Shown: positions 1 through 7,940 of the stretch, in pieces
How the letters are laid out: the number at the start of each line of letters is the position of its first letter
How positions within the stretch are numbered: position 1 is the first letter of the stretch
IMG/VR virus record: IMGVR_UViG_3300025110_000090
Coordinates: 1-28,494 of that record
Length of the DNA: 28,494 bases
Origin: a virus
Taxonomy: Duplodnaviria > Caudoviricetes
Direction: 5' to 3' (one strand)
Notes under the pieces: generated by a model
What the model saw: only the letters and a program-made list of their open reading frames with translations
What the model was told of the DNA's origin: nothing
The model's database searches: none
Made by a program: the position numbers and the translations under genes

Positions 1-320
1 TCGGTCCTCAAGGTCCTCATCCTGTTGAACTAGCTCAAGACAGGCTAGCTGCTGAAGTAGCGGCTAACGAAGCTCGTTTCGGTCAGACTCAGGCAGCTCC
101 AGCACCACAAGCAGCTCCAGCTCCTCAGGCTCCAGCTCCAGAATTTCGTAGACCTCAGTTAGATATGCCTCAACCTGGCGTTCAGGCTCCTACAGGAGGA
201 GACGATTTTTGGTCTAACTTCTCTGCTATGAGTGACAAGAATCCTCAGGCAGCATGGCAAATCTTAAGCCAAGCAACACCTGACGCTCTTCGTAGCAAAG
301 TGTTAGTATCTGAAGCTTAA
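1..320 (+). CDS. 3' end of Ala/Pro/Gln-rich protein, probable capsid scaffolding protein (partial)
   Basis: Open frame from position 3 to TAA 318-320: GPQGPHPVELAQDRLAAEVAANEARF...APAPQAAPAPQAP...DALRSKVLVSEA*. Low-complexity linker plus a short C-terminal helix, followed by a terminator. Scaffold role is inference. Confidence 0.5.
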   Translation, partial: GPQGPHPVELAQDRLAAEVAANEARFGQTQAAPAPQAAPAPQAPAPEFRRPQLDMPQPGVQAPTGGDDFWSNFSAMSDKNPQAAWQILSQATPDALRSKVLVSEA

Positions 321-334
321 ATAGCTTTACATTT

Positions 335-368
335 AGCCACTGCCATTTAGGATGGTGGTGGCTTTTTT
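335..368 (+). terminator. Intrinsic terminator
   Basis: GCCACTGCCAT-ttagg-ATGGTGGTGGC stem (two G-U pairs) followed by TTTTTT, just after the stop at 320. Confidence 0.8.
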
Positions 369-381
369 GTGACTTAAAATA

Positions 382-957
382 TTGGATTTACATAATCAAA
401 TCATTGTTAAAGATGATTTAGTATGCCCTGCCCTGCAAGATGCTATTCATGCCATTGCTGCCGATCCTTCCATGGCTTGGTATAACGGAGGAGAGCATGA
501 CAGATATACAGGAATGTCGGCTCCTATATTTGACGGTGGACATGGTGGGCATATAAATCACCCAGGATTGTATTACTTGTCGTTACCGATACTCATGCAA
601 ACCGCATATACGGTATTCGATAAAAATGTATCAGAAGTAATGAGGTTCAGAATTGGATTGTTTCTTCATACGATGAATATGAAGAATAAAAGTACAAAAC
701 ATAGGATGCATACTGACTATGATTTTCCTCATCAAAACATGTTGTACTACGTAAACAACAGTGATGGTGATACAACCATTGTTGATTGGGATGACAAAGA
801 GGTTCACATAGAACCCAAGAAAGGTCGTATTGTTTTATTTCCTGGAAGTTTAATGCACTGCTCTAGTGATCCTGAACATCATCACTCCAGAATGGTTATT
901 AATATGAATTTTATGCTGGAAGGTGTGGAGTCAGAAAGAAAATTATATAGACGTTAG
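382..957 (+). CDS. 2OG-Fe(II) oxygenase superfamily protein
   Basis: HTD motif, LYYVNNSDGDT, PKKGRIVLFPG, distal H (LMHCS) and R (SRMVINMNF): typical HxD...H...R dioxygenase signature. TTG start. Confidence 0.8.
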   Translation: MDLHNQIIVKDDLVCPALQDAIHAIAADPSMAWYNGGEHDRYTGMSAPIFDGGHGGHINHPGLYYLSLPILMQTAYTVFDKNVSEVMRFRIGLFLHTMNMKNKSTKHRMHTDYDFPHQNMLYYVNNSDGDTTIVDWDDKEVHIEPKKGRIVLFPGSLMHCSSDPEHHHSRMVINMNFMLEGVESERKLYRR

Positions 958-1163
958 CTTTTTGATTTCTTATATTCTGTAGCCCTTTTCCGAGCTTCTT
1001 TGGCTTTTTCGGTATTGGGAACTTGAGTATTAACTGGTTTGCCCTTAGTAGCTCTTTTCTTCTTTTCGTCTGTTGCAGTTCGCTCTTCCTTGGTCATAGA
1101 AGCCCAAGCCTTTTTAGGTAGGTACCTTTCTGTACGACCTTTTTCTCTTGCTCGATCAGCCAT
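954..1163 (-). CDS. Small basic protein, C-terminal half of a DUF5872-like phage family
   Basis: ERYLPKKAWASMT..E...T..KK...G..V.NT..AK motif; very Lys/Arg-rich. Confidence 0.6.
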   Translation of the reverse strand: MADRAREKGRTERYLPKKAWASMTKEERTATDEKKKRATKGKPVNTQVPNTEKAKEARKRATEYKKSKS

Positions 1164-1397
1164 TTACATTCCTTGGTAAATTTTCATTGCTTCAGCTTTG
1201 TAAGACTCCATTAAGTCATCAGCTTTGAACGTTGAAAAATCAATTCCATCCGCCAATAAAGCTGCTGCCCCTGAAGGTATTTGACCTGCTTGGACAGCAT
1301 CATAAACTTGACGAGTTGAAATACGACCAATCTTTATTTCGTTGTAGATGTTGGTTGCGATTTGTCGGTCTTCGTCACTAATCCTTGACCAAGTCAT
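1164..1397 (-). CDS. Hypothetical protein (77 aa)
   Basis: Start overlaps the upstream stop (ATGA) and its stop abuts the downstream start. Confidence 0.65.
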   Translation of the reverse strand: MTWSRISDEDRQIATNIYNEIKIGRISTRQVYDAVQAGQIPSGAAALLADGIDFSTFKADDLMESYKAEAMKIYQGM

Positions 1398-1624
1398 TTC
1401 TTTTTCTTTTCGTATTCTTCTTTAGTCTGCCAATCTTCTTTACTCCATTTAGATAATTTGTTGTTTTTAGATTTTTTACCTTCGTAGGTTCCCCCTGCAT
1501 CTTTGTAGTACTTAGTCGCCAGTTGCATTGCTCTAGCACTGTGACCTCCCATCTTTTTGCGAGCACGAGCTTTCGCTTCTGCCCACTTTCTAGGATCTCT
1601 TTTTTTAGCTGTTCCGTCACTCAT
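1394..1624 (-). CDS. Small basic protein, N-terminal half of a DUF5872-like phage family
   Basis: DPRKWAEAKARA..HSARAMQLATKYYKDAGGTY..LSKWSKEDWQT. Start reassigned to ATG 1624, which overlaps the upstream TGA. Confidence 0.6.
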   Translation of the reverse strand: MSDGTAKKRDPRKWAEAKARARKKMGGHSARAMQLATKYYKDAGGTYEGKKSKNNKLSKWSKEDWQTKEEYEKKKK

Positions 1625-2028
1625 TGGATAGGCCCTCCATAAACCCAAGCGTCACAGGTACGTGATCCAGCACATTTAAATTTAAATAGCTGGCAGTATC
1701 CCAAGTTGCCATATCGTTGAACGTTTTCAGGGTTAGCAACAGTTCCCTTTTCGTTTACACCTTTAGTGATGCACTTGAGCATCCTAGGTGTTTGATCAAA
1801 TGCCGCACAATTACCACATAGGGCTGTTTGAGCTACAGAGATTTCAGTTGACCACAATTTGGCTTTATCTTCCCAAAAACCAGGATCAGGTTGTTCAGGG
1901 TTTAAAGGACCGTAGCCGAAGTTTTTAATTGTCCAGTCTCTGTTTTCAGTATTTTCTTTAACATCTTGTGTTGCGGTTGGACATGTTCCTGACCTTGCCC
2001 AAATAGGATCGTCTGTTTGTTTTTGCAT
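1621..2028 (-). CDS. Cys-rich protein with HiPIP-like metal-binding motif
   Basis: CGNCAAF...GYCQLFKFKC...TCDAW; seven Cys in 135 aa. Confidence 0.55.
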   Translation of the reverse strand: MQKQTDDPIWARSGTCPTATQDVKENTENRDWTIKNFGYGPLNPEQPDPGFWEDKAKLWSTEISVAQTALCGNCAAFDQTPRMLKCITKGVNEKGTVANPENVQRYGNLGYCQLFKFKCAGSRTCDAWVYGGPIQ

Positions 2029-2313
2029 TTACCAACTCCAATTACAAGACCAGTACCCTGGTGTAGTTTTATCTTTCTTTTGGTCGCAGTTGTGGCGACT
2101 CTTGAAATTAGCTCTTCGTTTTTTATCTCCGTGACCACTTTTGCCTTTCGAGCCTTCTTTGAAGTGCTGCATATTCGGATCACCGAAACGCACTATCTTG
2201 TCTTTTCCTCCATCTTTTACTAATACTGCAAATTTCTTTTTACCTCCTGGAGTCTTCTTAGGCTTGTTATAGCCTTCGAAAACCTCCCCTGCATACCTTA
2301 TTTTCTTTGCCAT
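2029..2313 (-). CDS. Small basic phage protein (DUF6321-like)
   Basis: KIVRFGDPNM...RRANFKSRHNC...K.TPGYWSC..W motif; GAGGAGG SD upstream. Confidence 0.65.
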   Translation of the reverse strand: MAKKIRYAGEVFEGYNKPKKTPGGKKKFAVLVKDGGKDKIVRFGDPNMQHFKEGSKGKSGHGDKKRRANFKSRHNCDQKKDKTTPGYWSCNWSW

Positions 2314-2404
2314 AAATTAATAGCCTCCTCACTTTAAAATAGCGATATTTCAGATAGAGAAGAAGAGCTTATATAAATCATTAATACAGATAATGTGCCG
2401 AATT

Positions 2405-2499
2405 GCTAACATTAGGTCTGGGTATTTCCCTGCCTCAAACCGAGACCATGGGGCTAAGTCTCTCGTCATACAAGTTCACAAAATCGTACTATTACTTAA
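2405..2499 (+). promoter_or_regulatory. psbA promoter (-10 TAACAT) and structured 5' UTR resembling the PhotoRC-II RNA motif
   Basis: TAACAT at 2407-2412. GCCTC(2432-36)/GGGGC(2450-54) and GAGAC(2442-46)/GTCTC(2458-62) are crossing stems that form a pseudoknot upstream of psbA. Confidence 0.6.
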
Positions 2500-3585
2500 A
2501 TGACTTCTTCTTCTTTAACAAGAAGCGGCGGTTTATTGAAAGGCTGGGACGAGTTCTGTGAGTGGACAACATCTACTAACAATCGTATTTACGTTGGTTG
2601 GTTCGGAGTCTTAATGGTTCCTTGTCTACTTGCCGCAGCAACTTGTTTCATCATTGCTTTCATAGCTGCCCCTCCAGTCGATATCGACGGAATCCGTGAG
2701 CCAGTAGCTGGTTCTTTTATGTATGGAAACAACATCATCTCAGGAGCCGTTGTACCGTCGTCAAACGCAATTGGTCTTCACTTCTACCCAATCTGGGAAG
2801 CTGCAACCATCGATGAATGGCTCTATAACGGAGGACCATATCAACTCGTTGTGTTCCACTTTCTCATCGGTATCTCAGCTTACATGGGACGCCAATGGGA
2901 ACTTAGTTATCGACTAGGAATGAGACCTTGGATCTGTGTTGCCTACTCTGCACCAGTATCTGCTGCTTTCGCTGTATTCCTTGTTTACCCATTCGGTCAG
3001 GGTTCATTCTCTGATGGTATGCCTCTAGGAATCTCTGGAACATTCAACTTCATGTTTGTTTTCCAAGCTGAGCACAACATCTTGATGCACCCATTCCATA
3101 TGGCTGGTGTAGCTGGCATGTTTGGTGGAGCTTTATTCTCTGCTATGCACGGCTCATTAGTGACATCTTCACTTATTCGTGAAACTACAGGACTTGATTC
3201 ACAGAACTATGGTTACAAGTTTGGACAAGAAGAAGAGACATACAACATCGTTGCAGCCCATGGCTACTTCGGTCGTCTTATCTTCCAATACGCAAGTTTC
3301 AACAACTCTCGTAGTCTTCACTTCTTTCTTGCTTCTTGGCCTGTTATTTGTGTGTGGCTCACCTCAATGGGTATATGCACCATGGCCTTCAACCTAAATG
3401 GATTTAATTTTAATCAATCGGTTGTAGACTCAAGTGGTAAAGTCGTGCCTACATGGGGCGACGTATTGAACCGCGCAAACCTCGGAATGGAAGTAATGCA
3501 TGAGCGTAATGCTCATAACTTCCCTCTAGACCTAGCTTCTGCTGGATCTAGCGATGTAGCTTTAATTGCTCCGGCAATAGGCTAA
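2500..3585 (+). CDS. psbA: Photosystem II reaction centre protein D1 (phage auxiliary metabolic gene), Prochlorococcus type
   Basis: Full-length D1: [47 protein letters not shown] plus C-terminal extension. M205 and C282 present. Uninterrupted ORF. Confidence 0.99.
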   Translation: MTSSSLTRSGGLLKGWDEFCEWTTSTNNRIYVGWFGVLMVPCLLAAATCFIIAFIAAPPVDIDGIREPVAGSFMYGNNIISGAVVPSSNAIGLHFYPIWEAATIDEWLYNGGPYQLVVFHFLIGISAYMGRQWELSYRLGMRPWICVAYSAPVSAAFAVFLVYPFGQGSFSDGMPLGISGTFNFMFVFQAEHNILMHPFHMAGVAGMFGGALFSAMHGSLVTSSLIRETTGLDSQNYGYKFGQEEETYNIVAAHGYFGRLIFQYASFNNSRSLHFFLASWPVICVWLTSMGICTMAFNLNGFNFNQSVVDSSGKVVPTWGDVLNRANLGMEVMHERNAHNFPLDLASAGSSDVALIAPAIG

Positions 3586-3598
3586 CCGAGAAGTTATT

Positions 3599-3621
3599 GC
3601 CCGGCGAAAGTCGGGCTTTTT
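3599..3621 (+). terminator. Intrinsic terminator after psbA
   Basis: GCCCGGC-GAAA-GTCGGGC-TTTTT. Confidence 0.9.
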
Positions 3622-3624
3622 CTT

Positions 3625-3957
3625 ATGAGACTTCCTAGAAACATCAACGCAGCAGAGCTTAATAACAATCCATTAGCTCCTTCTGCTCATCAAGCATCTA
3701 CAAGACTTCAACAACAAGCAACTAGGCTAGAAACCAGAGATCAAACTAGCACTGCTGGAGTAATTAATAAAATCAAACAAGATGCAGTAGCCTCTGCAAT
3801 GGAACAAGACACTGCAGCAAATATGGCTAATAATCTTAAGCATCAATATGCATATGGAATCCAACAGAGAGCTGGTATTGATGGTTATAAAGCTAAAATT
3901 GCTCTCGCAGAACAATTAAAAAGTGCCCCTGAATCAATTAGTTGGTTGGGAATGTGA
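3625..3957 (+). CDS. Hypothetical protein (110 aa)
   Basis: ATG ORF filling the gap after the terminator; helical, Ala/Gln-rich. Confidence 0.6.
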   Translation: MRLPRNINAAELNNNPLAPSAHQASTRLQQQATRLETRDQTSTAGVINKIKQDAVASAMEQDTAANMANNLKHQYAYGIQQRAGIDGYKAKIALAEQLKSAPESISWLGM

Positions 3958-3995
3958 AATAGCAGGTTAACATAAGTTAAAACACAGCTTGCCTA

Positions 3996-4238
3996 ATGCG
4001 TTTAGCAGGTAATGAAGAATTTCATGGGCAGCTAAGTGACGGCGAATCTACTCCAGATTCGAAATTTGATTCGTTTATGCGTTGTTATGATATTTTGTGT
4101 TCTAGAGGTTTTAGCCAGCAAGCAGCTCAAGAAACTGCTATAGCAATGGTAGAGGGAAAAGAGCCTATGGCTCAACCGACAGTTCGCTTTGCCAAGATTT
4201 ATGGAGATTCATCCACGGACGAAAACGTTAGCGACTGA
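3996..4238 (+). CDS. Hypothetical protein (80 aa)
   Basis: ATG ORF preceded by a -10-like TAACAT (3968-73); overlaps the endolysin start. Confidence 0.6.
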   Translation: MRLAGNEEFHGQLSDGESTPDSKFDSFMRCYDILCSRGFSQQAAQETAIAMVEGKEPMAQPTVRFAKIYGDSSTDENVSD

Positions 4239-5325
4239 GCTTCTAACAAGATTAGAGGGGTGTGAAATCACTGCTTATCTTGATCCAGTAGGTGTTCCGA
4301 CAATATGCACAGGTTTAACTCGTTATCCCAATGGAGAACCTGTGAGATTAGAGGATGTTTGTCATGAAGATATTTGTGGCAAATATACAGAACAGTTGAT
4401 AGCAGAAAAAATTATACCTGCACTACGTCGTATTCCTGGTTGGAGTGACTTCGGAGCTATTAGACAATCAGTCTTAATTAGTTTTGCTTGGAATATGGGA
4501 GCTAATTTTTATGAATCAACAGGCTTCGAAGAAATTTCAAATGTATTAAAACAAGGATTTAATCAACCTGAACTATATGATGATGTACCTGATATACTAA
4601 ATCTCTATGTTTTTGACAGAGAAAAACGTTTAGCAGGATTAGAAAAACGAAGAGAAATAGAAGGAGAAGAGTGGAAAAAAGAATCAATTGGATATTTAAA
4701 ACTTAAAAATATTCAAGATACTTACCTAAAAAAAGCTCCGATTGAGTCAGTGTATTTATCAGACACAGGAAAAAGATTAATTGATGCAGAAGAGGAACTA
4801 GTAATTACTAAATTTAAAAGCATTCACCATACTGGTCATGCTTGGGTGCATATCAAAGAAGAACAAGAACCTTGGATTGTCTATTTACCTCACTGGAAAC
4901 ATCTTCCTAACAAGACAAAGAAGATCCTTGATTGGAACGATATGAGTAGTTTTGTTGCTGAGTACATAACAGTAGGCGAATTGCTTCAATACAACCACTC
5001 ATATGCACCTCTAGAAGGCAGTCGTATTGAACAGAACCTAATTCGTTTAGCAGAAGAGTTCAGAGCCATTAGAGAAGCTTGGGGAGGTGCTATAGGCATT
5101 GCGGGTGGCTATATGCCCCTTCAAGGAGATATCTCTTTGCATTCAGAAGAGCAACAAGCTCATCACCAAGGTATGGCTTTAGACATTTATCCTGTTAACG
5201 ACGATACTGAATGTTTATACAGGTGGTTATATTCTCGCTGGACAGGTAATCTCCATAACCAATCCAGTCATGGTTTTGTACATATTGATATTTTGAATAA
5301 TGGACGCTTTATTGGTATGAGATAA
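4201..5325 (+). CDS. Multidomain endolysin: GH24 lysozyme + central domain + peptidase M15-like domain
   Basis: LEGCEITAYLDPVGVPTICTG gives the E-x8-D-x5-T triad; LISFAWNMG and GLEKRREIE are also typical. C-terminal AHHQGMALDI...GFVHID supplies Zn ligands. ATG 4201 preferred over TTG 4189. Confidence 0.85.
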   Translation: MEIHPRTKTLATELLTRLEGCEITAYLDPVGVPTICTGLTRYPNGEPVRLEDVCHEDICGKYTEQLIAEKIIPALRRIPGWSDFGAIRQSVLISFAWNMGANFYESTGFEEISNVLKQGFNQPELYDDVPDILNLYVFDREKRLAGLEKRREIEGEEWKKESIGYLKLKNIQDTYLKKAPIESVYLSDTGKRLIDAEEELVITKFKSIHHTGHAWVHIKEEQEPWIVYLPHWKHLPNKTKKILDWNDMSSFVAEYITVGELLQYNHSYAPLEGSRIEQNLIRLAEEFRAIREAWGGAIGIAGGYMPLQGDISLHSEEQQAHHQGMALDIYPVNDDTECLYRWLYSRWTGNLHNQSSHGFVHIDILNNGRFIGMR

Positions 5326-5327
5326 AA

Positions 5328-5750
5328 CTATACGACTTTAACTGCCATAGCTCCACTGTTGAACTGGACAGTATCTCCTTGTTGTATCTCAACAGCAGTC
5401 GTCAATGTTCCAGACGCAAGAAAATTACCACCACTACTTGTATCCCATAATCCAAAGTGACTAATCGTGGTTGCACTTGTATTAGCTGCACTAGTAGTCT
5501 GCTGACTAACCATAGAGTTAGTGATTTCGTAGCCACCTCCAGAAGCAGCCCCTACAGAGCTGAAAGCAGTAGAAGCTATTCCTACACGAGTAGCTACTCC
5601 TCTGACTGATGCTGTTACATCATTGTTTGTCCCAGCCGTTCCTGGATCAGCAGTGTGTAAAGAAACATACACATTAGAAAGTGCTGAAGGGAAGGTTGAG
5701 TTCTTTACCCAACTCAGAATCTTGGTTGCAAGATATTGAGAAAATGCCAT
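5328..5750 (-). CDS. Virion structural protein (tail-associated family)
   Basis: MAFSQYL..KIL...VYVSLHTADPG...ISHFGLWD..SGGNFL..G.L......GDTV.F..G pattern, common in phage tail proteins. Confidence 0.65.
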   Translation of the reverse strand: MAFSQYLATKILSWVKNSTFPSALSNVYVSLHTADPGTAGTNNDVTASVRGVATRVGIASTAFSSVGAASGGGYEITNSMVSQQTTSAANTSATTISHFGLWDTSSGGNFLASGTLTTAVEIQQGDTVQFNSGAMAVKVV

Positions 5751-5795
5751 GCTTTCCTTAGTTCTTCATCTATATTTTGGCAGTAAATCAGCCTC

Positions 5796-6599
5796 TTAGG
5801 GACCGTACCCACCACCAGGGGTCGTAACATTTAGTGTAGCCGTATTCTGATTTTCGCCACTAGCTAGACCACTAATTCTCCAAGTAGCTTTCAATCTTCC
5901 GTAGTTGACATTCCTTAAGGTTGCCGTACCTCTAAGTATGGCGAGCTCTAACGTTGGCAATGCTTGACCGTCAGCCATACCTCCCAAAGTTTTCAACTGA
6001 GCCTTAGGCGTTACAGTTGCGGAGCCTTCTATGGTTCCTGAGGTAGAACCAAATAGTTTAACTAGACCTATACGTCCAGTCATGAAGAGAGAACCCTCTG
6101 CTTTTCCTTCGATTGTTATATATCTAATGACTTGAACACCAATCTCGAAAGGCATTTCAACCCATTCGGAATTGGTTACCGTAAAGTAATAAGTGCCTTT
6201 TGGTAGTTGAAAACCAGATTCTTGTGGAATAGTATTAATAATTTCGTTTGTATAGCCAAAACCTCGAGGTGATAGAGGTATTTGATCTGCATTTGCATTC
6301 AGCAGTCCTACTGAAATATATTGATCTTTATACTTATTCCCAACACTACGTTTAGTTATGACTAGATCTGATTCTCCTATTGTTGTAACTTTAAAAAATA
6401 ATGTATTAGCACCAACTTGAGTACCAACAGTTCCTGTGATACTTGTAGAGAGATTTACAACTTTACCGAAATCCTTTGCTTTGCTAAGAGAATTGAACTG
6501 AACATGCTCTGGACGCATGAAAGATCCAGAGGATTTTTTGCTTCCTCCGTAGGATCCTTTTAATTTATTTAACGAATCTGTTACAGACTCTAATGTCAT
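5796..6599 (-). CDS. Probable virion structural protein (beta-rich)
   Basis: 267-aa Gly/Thr-rich ORF, co-oriented with the adjacent tail-like gene; LPKGTYYFTV strand. Confidence 0.5.
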   Translation of the reverse strand: MTLESVTDSLNKLKGSYGGSKKSSGSFMRPEHVQFNSLSKAKDFGKVVNLSTSITGTVGTQVGANTLFFKVTTIGESDLVITKRSVGNKYKDQYISVGLLNANADQIPLSPRGFGYTNEIINTIPQESGFQLPKGTYYFTVTNSEWVEMPFEIGVQVIRYITIEGKAEGSLFMTGRIGLVKLFGSTSGTIEGSATVTPKAQLKTLGGMADGQALPTLELAILRGTATLRNVNYGRLKATWRISGLASGENQNTATLNVTTPGGGYGP

Positions 6600-6641
6600 C
6601 AGGGATAAACCCTTTCAATGTCACAGCCTTATTTTATCAAT

Positions 6642-6730
6642 AAAAAAGACGCCAGGTGCTACGCACATCAGCTAAATGCACGTTAAGTCGTTTAAAGCAT
6701 GGGAAACTACAAAAACCAAAGCTCCTGGCT
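6642..6730 (-). other. Candidate multi-stem structured RNA / complex terminator
   Basis: On the minus strand GCCAGGaGCT/AGCaCCTGGC encloses ACGTGCATT/GATGTGCGT (G-U pairs valid only on this strand), then a U6 tract. Confidence 0.4.
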
Positions 6731-6769
6731 CGATGCTTCCTTGACGTAGTTCTTCTTCAGAAAGCTTCT

Positions 6770-7339
6770 TTACAATAACTTTTTTCGCATGGAATGGTGT
6801 ATATGTGACCCAATTAAATTTCTTAATTGATTTACGCTGTCTTTCTTAAGACTGATGCGAGCAATCGAGACTTGATTACTGTGAATTACTGCTTGGATTC
6901 CTAAGTCATTCAACCAAGCAGTAATGTCGTTATATTCATTTTCTGTATACCTCCCACGAATAGAACCTCTTTTACCTGTTATTCGTCCTTGGTCGATCCA
7001 CAAAGCAACCAAACCATGGATCCCTGTAATATCAAGTACTGTGCGGGATATCTTACGTTCGTCGTGTGGACAAAGGACTTCATAAGCTCTCCATAATCCT
7101 TCTCCGTGAAATCGAAATCTTTCTCGGTCATAAAAACCATTAGTAGCCAATCTATCTTTAAATATATCGACAGGTCCGTCATGACACTGTTTTAATGTTT
7201 TTAGCTGAAAATTTAAATATTGCTTTTCAGTCTCGCATCTAGAGATTTCTAACCAAGGACGCCTCTTCCTGCCTTTTAGGGCCAATCTGCCCTTGCCCAA
7301 GGTGTAACTCAGTACGTGCGCTACTAATAGAGCGGTCAT
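6770..7339 (-). CDS. LAGLIDADG_2-type homing endonuclease homolog, catalytically degenerate
   Basis: Motif 1 VLSYTLGKGRL; EKQYLNFQ; motif 2 LDITGIHGLVALWIDQG; ends HIHHSMRKKL. Start reassigned to ATG 7339 (AAGGGGGA SD). Confidence 0.7.
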   Translation of the reverse strand: MTALLVAHVLSYTLGKGRLALKGRKRRPWLEISRCETEKQYLNFQLKTLKQCHDGPVDIFKDRLATNGFYDRERFRFHGEGLWRAYEVLCPHDERKISRTVLDITGIHGLVALWIDQGRITGKRGSIRGRYTENEYNDITAWLNDLGIQAVIHSNQVSIARISLKKDSVNQLRNLIGSHIHHSMRKKLL

Positions 7340-7940
7340 CCCATTGATCCCCCTTAAATAAATGTTGACGACTTTTGGGTGCATATTTTATTAGGACATC
7401 TTGAATCTTCTTTGTTTGCGTAGGGTCGAATAGGAGGCGTGGTCGAACATAATCGTCGCTTAGTACTGACGAAGCTCCACTCAACATTTCAAGCCAAGTT
7501 GAGAACAGATAAGCTTCCTCTCTTACTGAGCCAATGCGAGACAACATTGCAGATCCATCCTTCATTAGCTTTGCTCCCTCTGCCCATGCCCACGCCGCTG
7601 CTTGTGCTCCAAGAAGATCTAGTGTCGTTTGAGTTAGTTGACGCTCTCCAATTGGATATAACAAGTTGTAGACAGGTCTTAGCTTATTAGTTGAGACCCT
7701 GAATCGAAGGATAGGAGTTGTCTTACCGTTAGCTCTTGGAGTTGTTCTATAGGGAACAATTTGAGCCTTTGTGCTGATAAATTGCCGAAATTCTTGGACT
7801 TTTTCTTCTAAGAATGCAGATTCAGATGCACCCGCCGTAAGAGTTAATTGTATGTAACCCCCGCCCGGAGTGCGATAAGGAACTAAACTGCCATCTGAAA
7901 TTAAAAGTCCAAGCAATCCGCGAACGTCTGCCGCTTCCAC
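7239..7940 (-). CDS. LAGLIDADG-type homing endonuclease homolog
   Basis: Motif 1 LLGLLISDGSL; FLEEK; LRPVYNLLYP; motif 2 LDLLGAQAAAWAWAEG. Start reassigned to GTG 7940 (GGGAG SD). Confidence 0.75.
   Translation of the reverse strand: MEAADVRGLLGLLISDGSLVPYRTPGGGYIQLTLTAGASESAFLEEKVQEFRQFISTKAQIVPYRTTPRANGKTTPILRFRVSTNKLRPVYNLLYPIGERQLTQTTLDLLGAQAAAWAWAEGAKLMKDGSAMLSRIGSVREEAYLFSTWLEMLSGASSVLSDDYVRPRLLFDPTQTKKIQDVLIKYAPKSRQHLFKGDQWDDRSISSARTELHLGQGQIGPKRQEEASLVRNL

Noticed and set aside
1378-3915. Overlapping short ORFs (1378-1620, 1902-2183, 2017-2223, 2723-2917, 3179-3397, 3727-3915)
   Set aside because: They overlap better-supported genes and show no recognisable motifs.
7239-7384. Single frameshifted four-motif LAGLIDADG gene
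   Set aside because: The second ORF has its own SD and ATG, so no fusion is needed, though a +1 shift or sequencing indel cannot be excluded.
6770-7940. Group I intron or intein hosting the LAGLIDADG genes
   Set aside because: Flanking genes look complete, no intein splice-junction motifs or intron core recognised; psbA and the capsid gene are uninterrupted.
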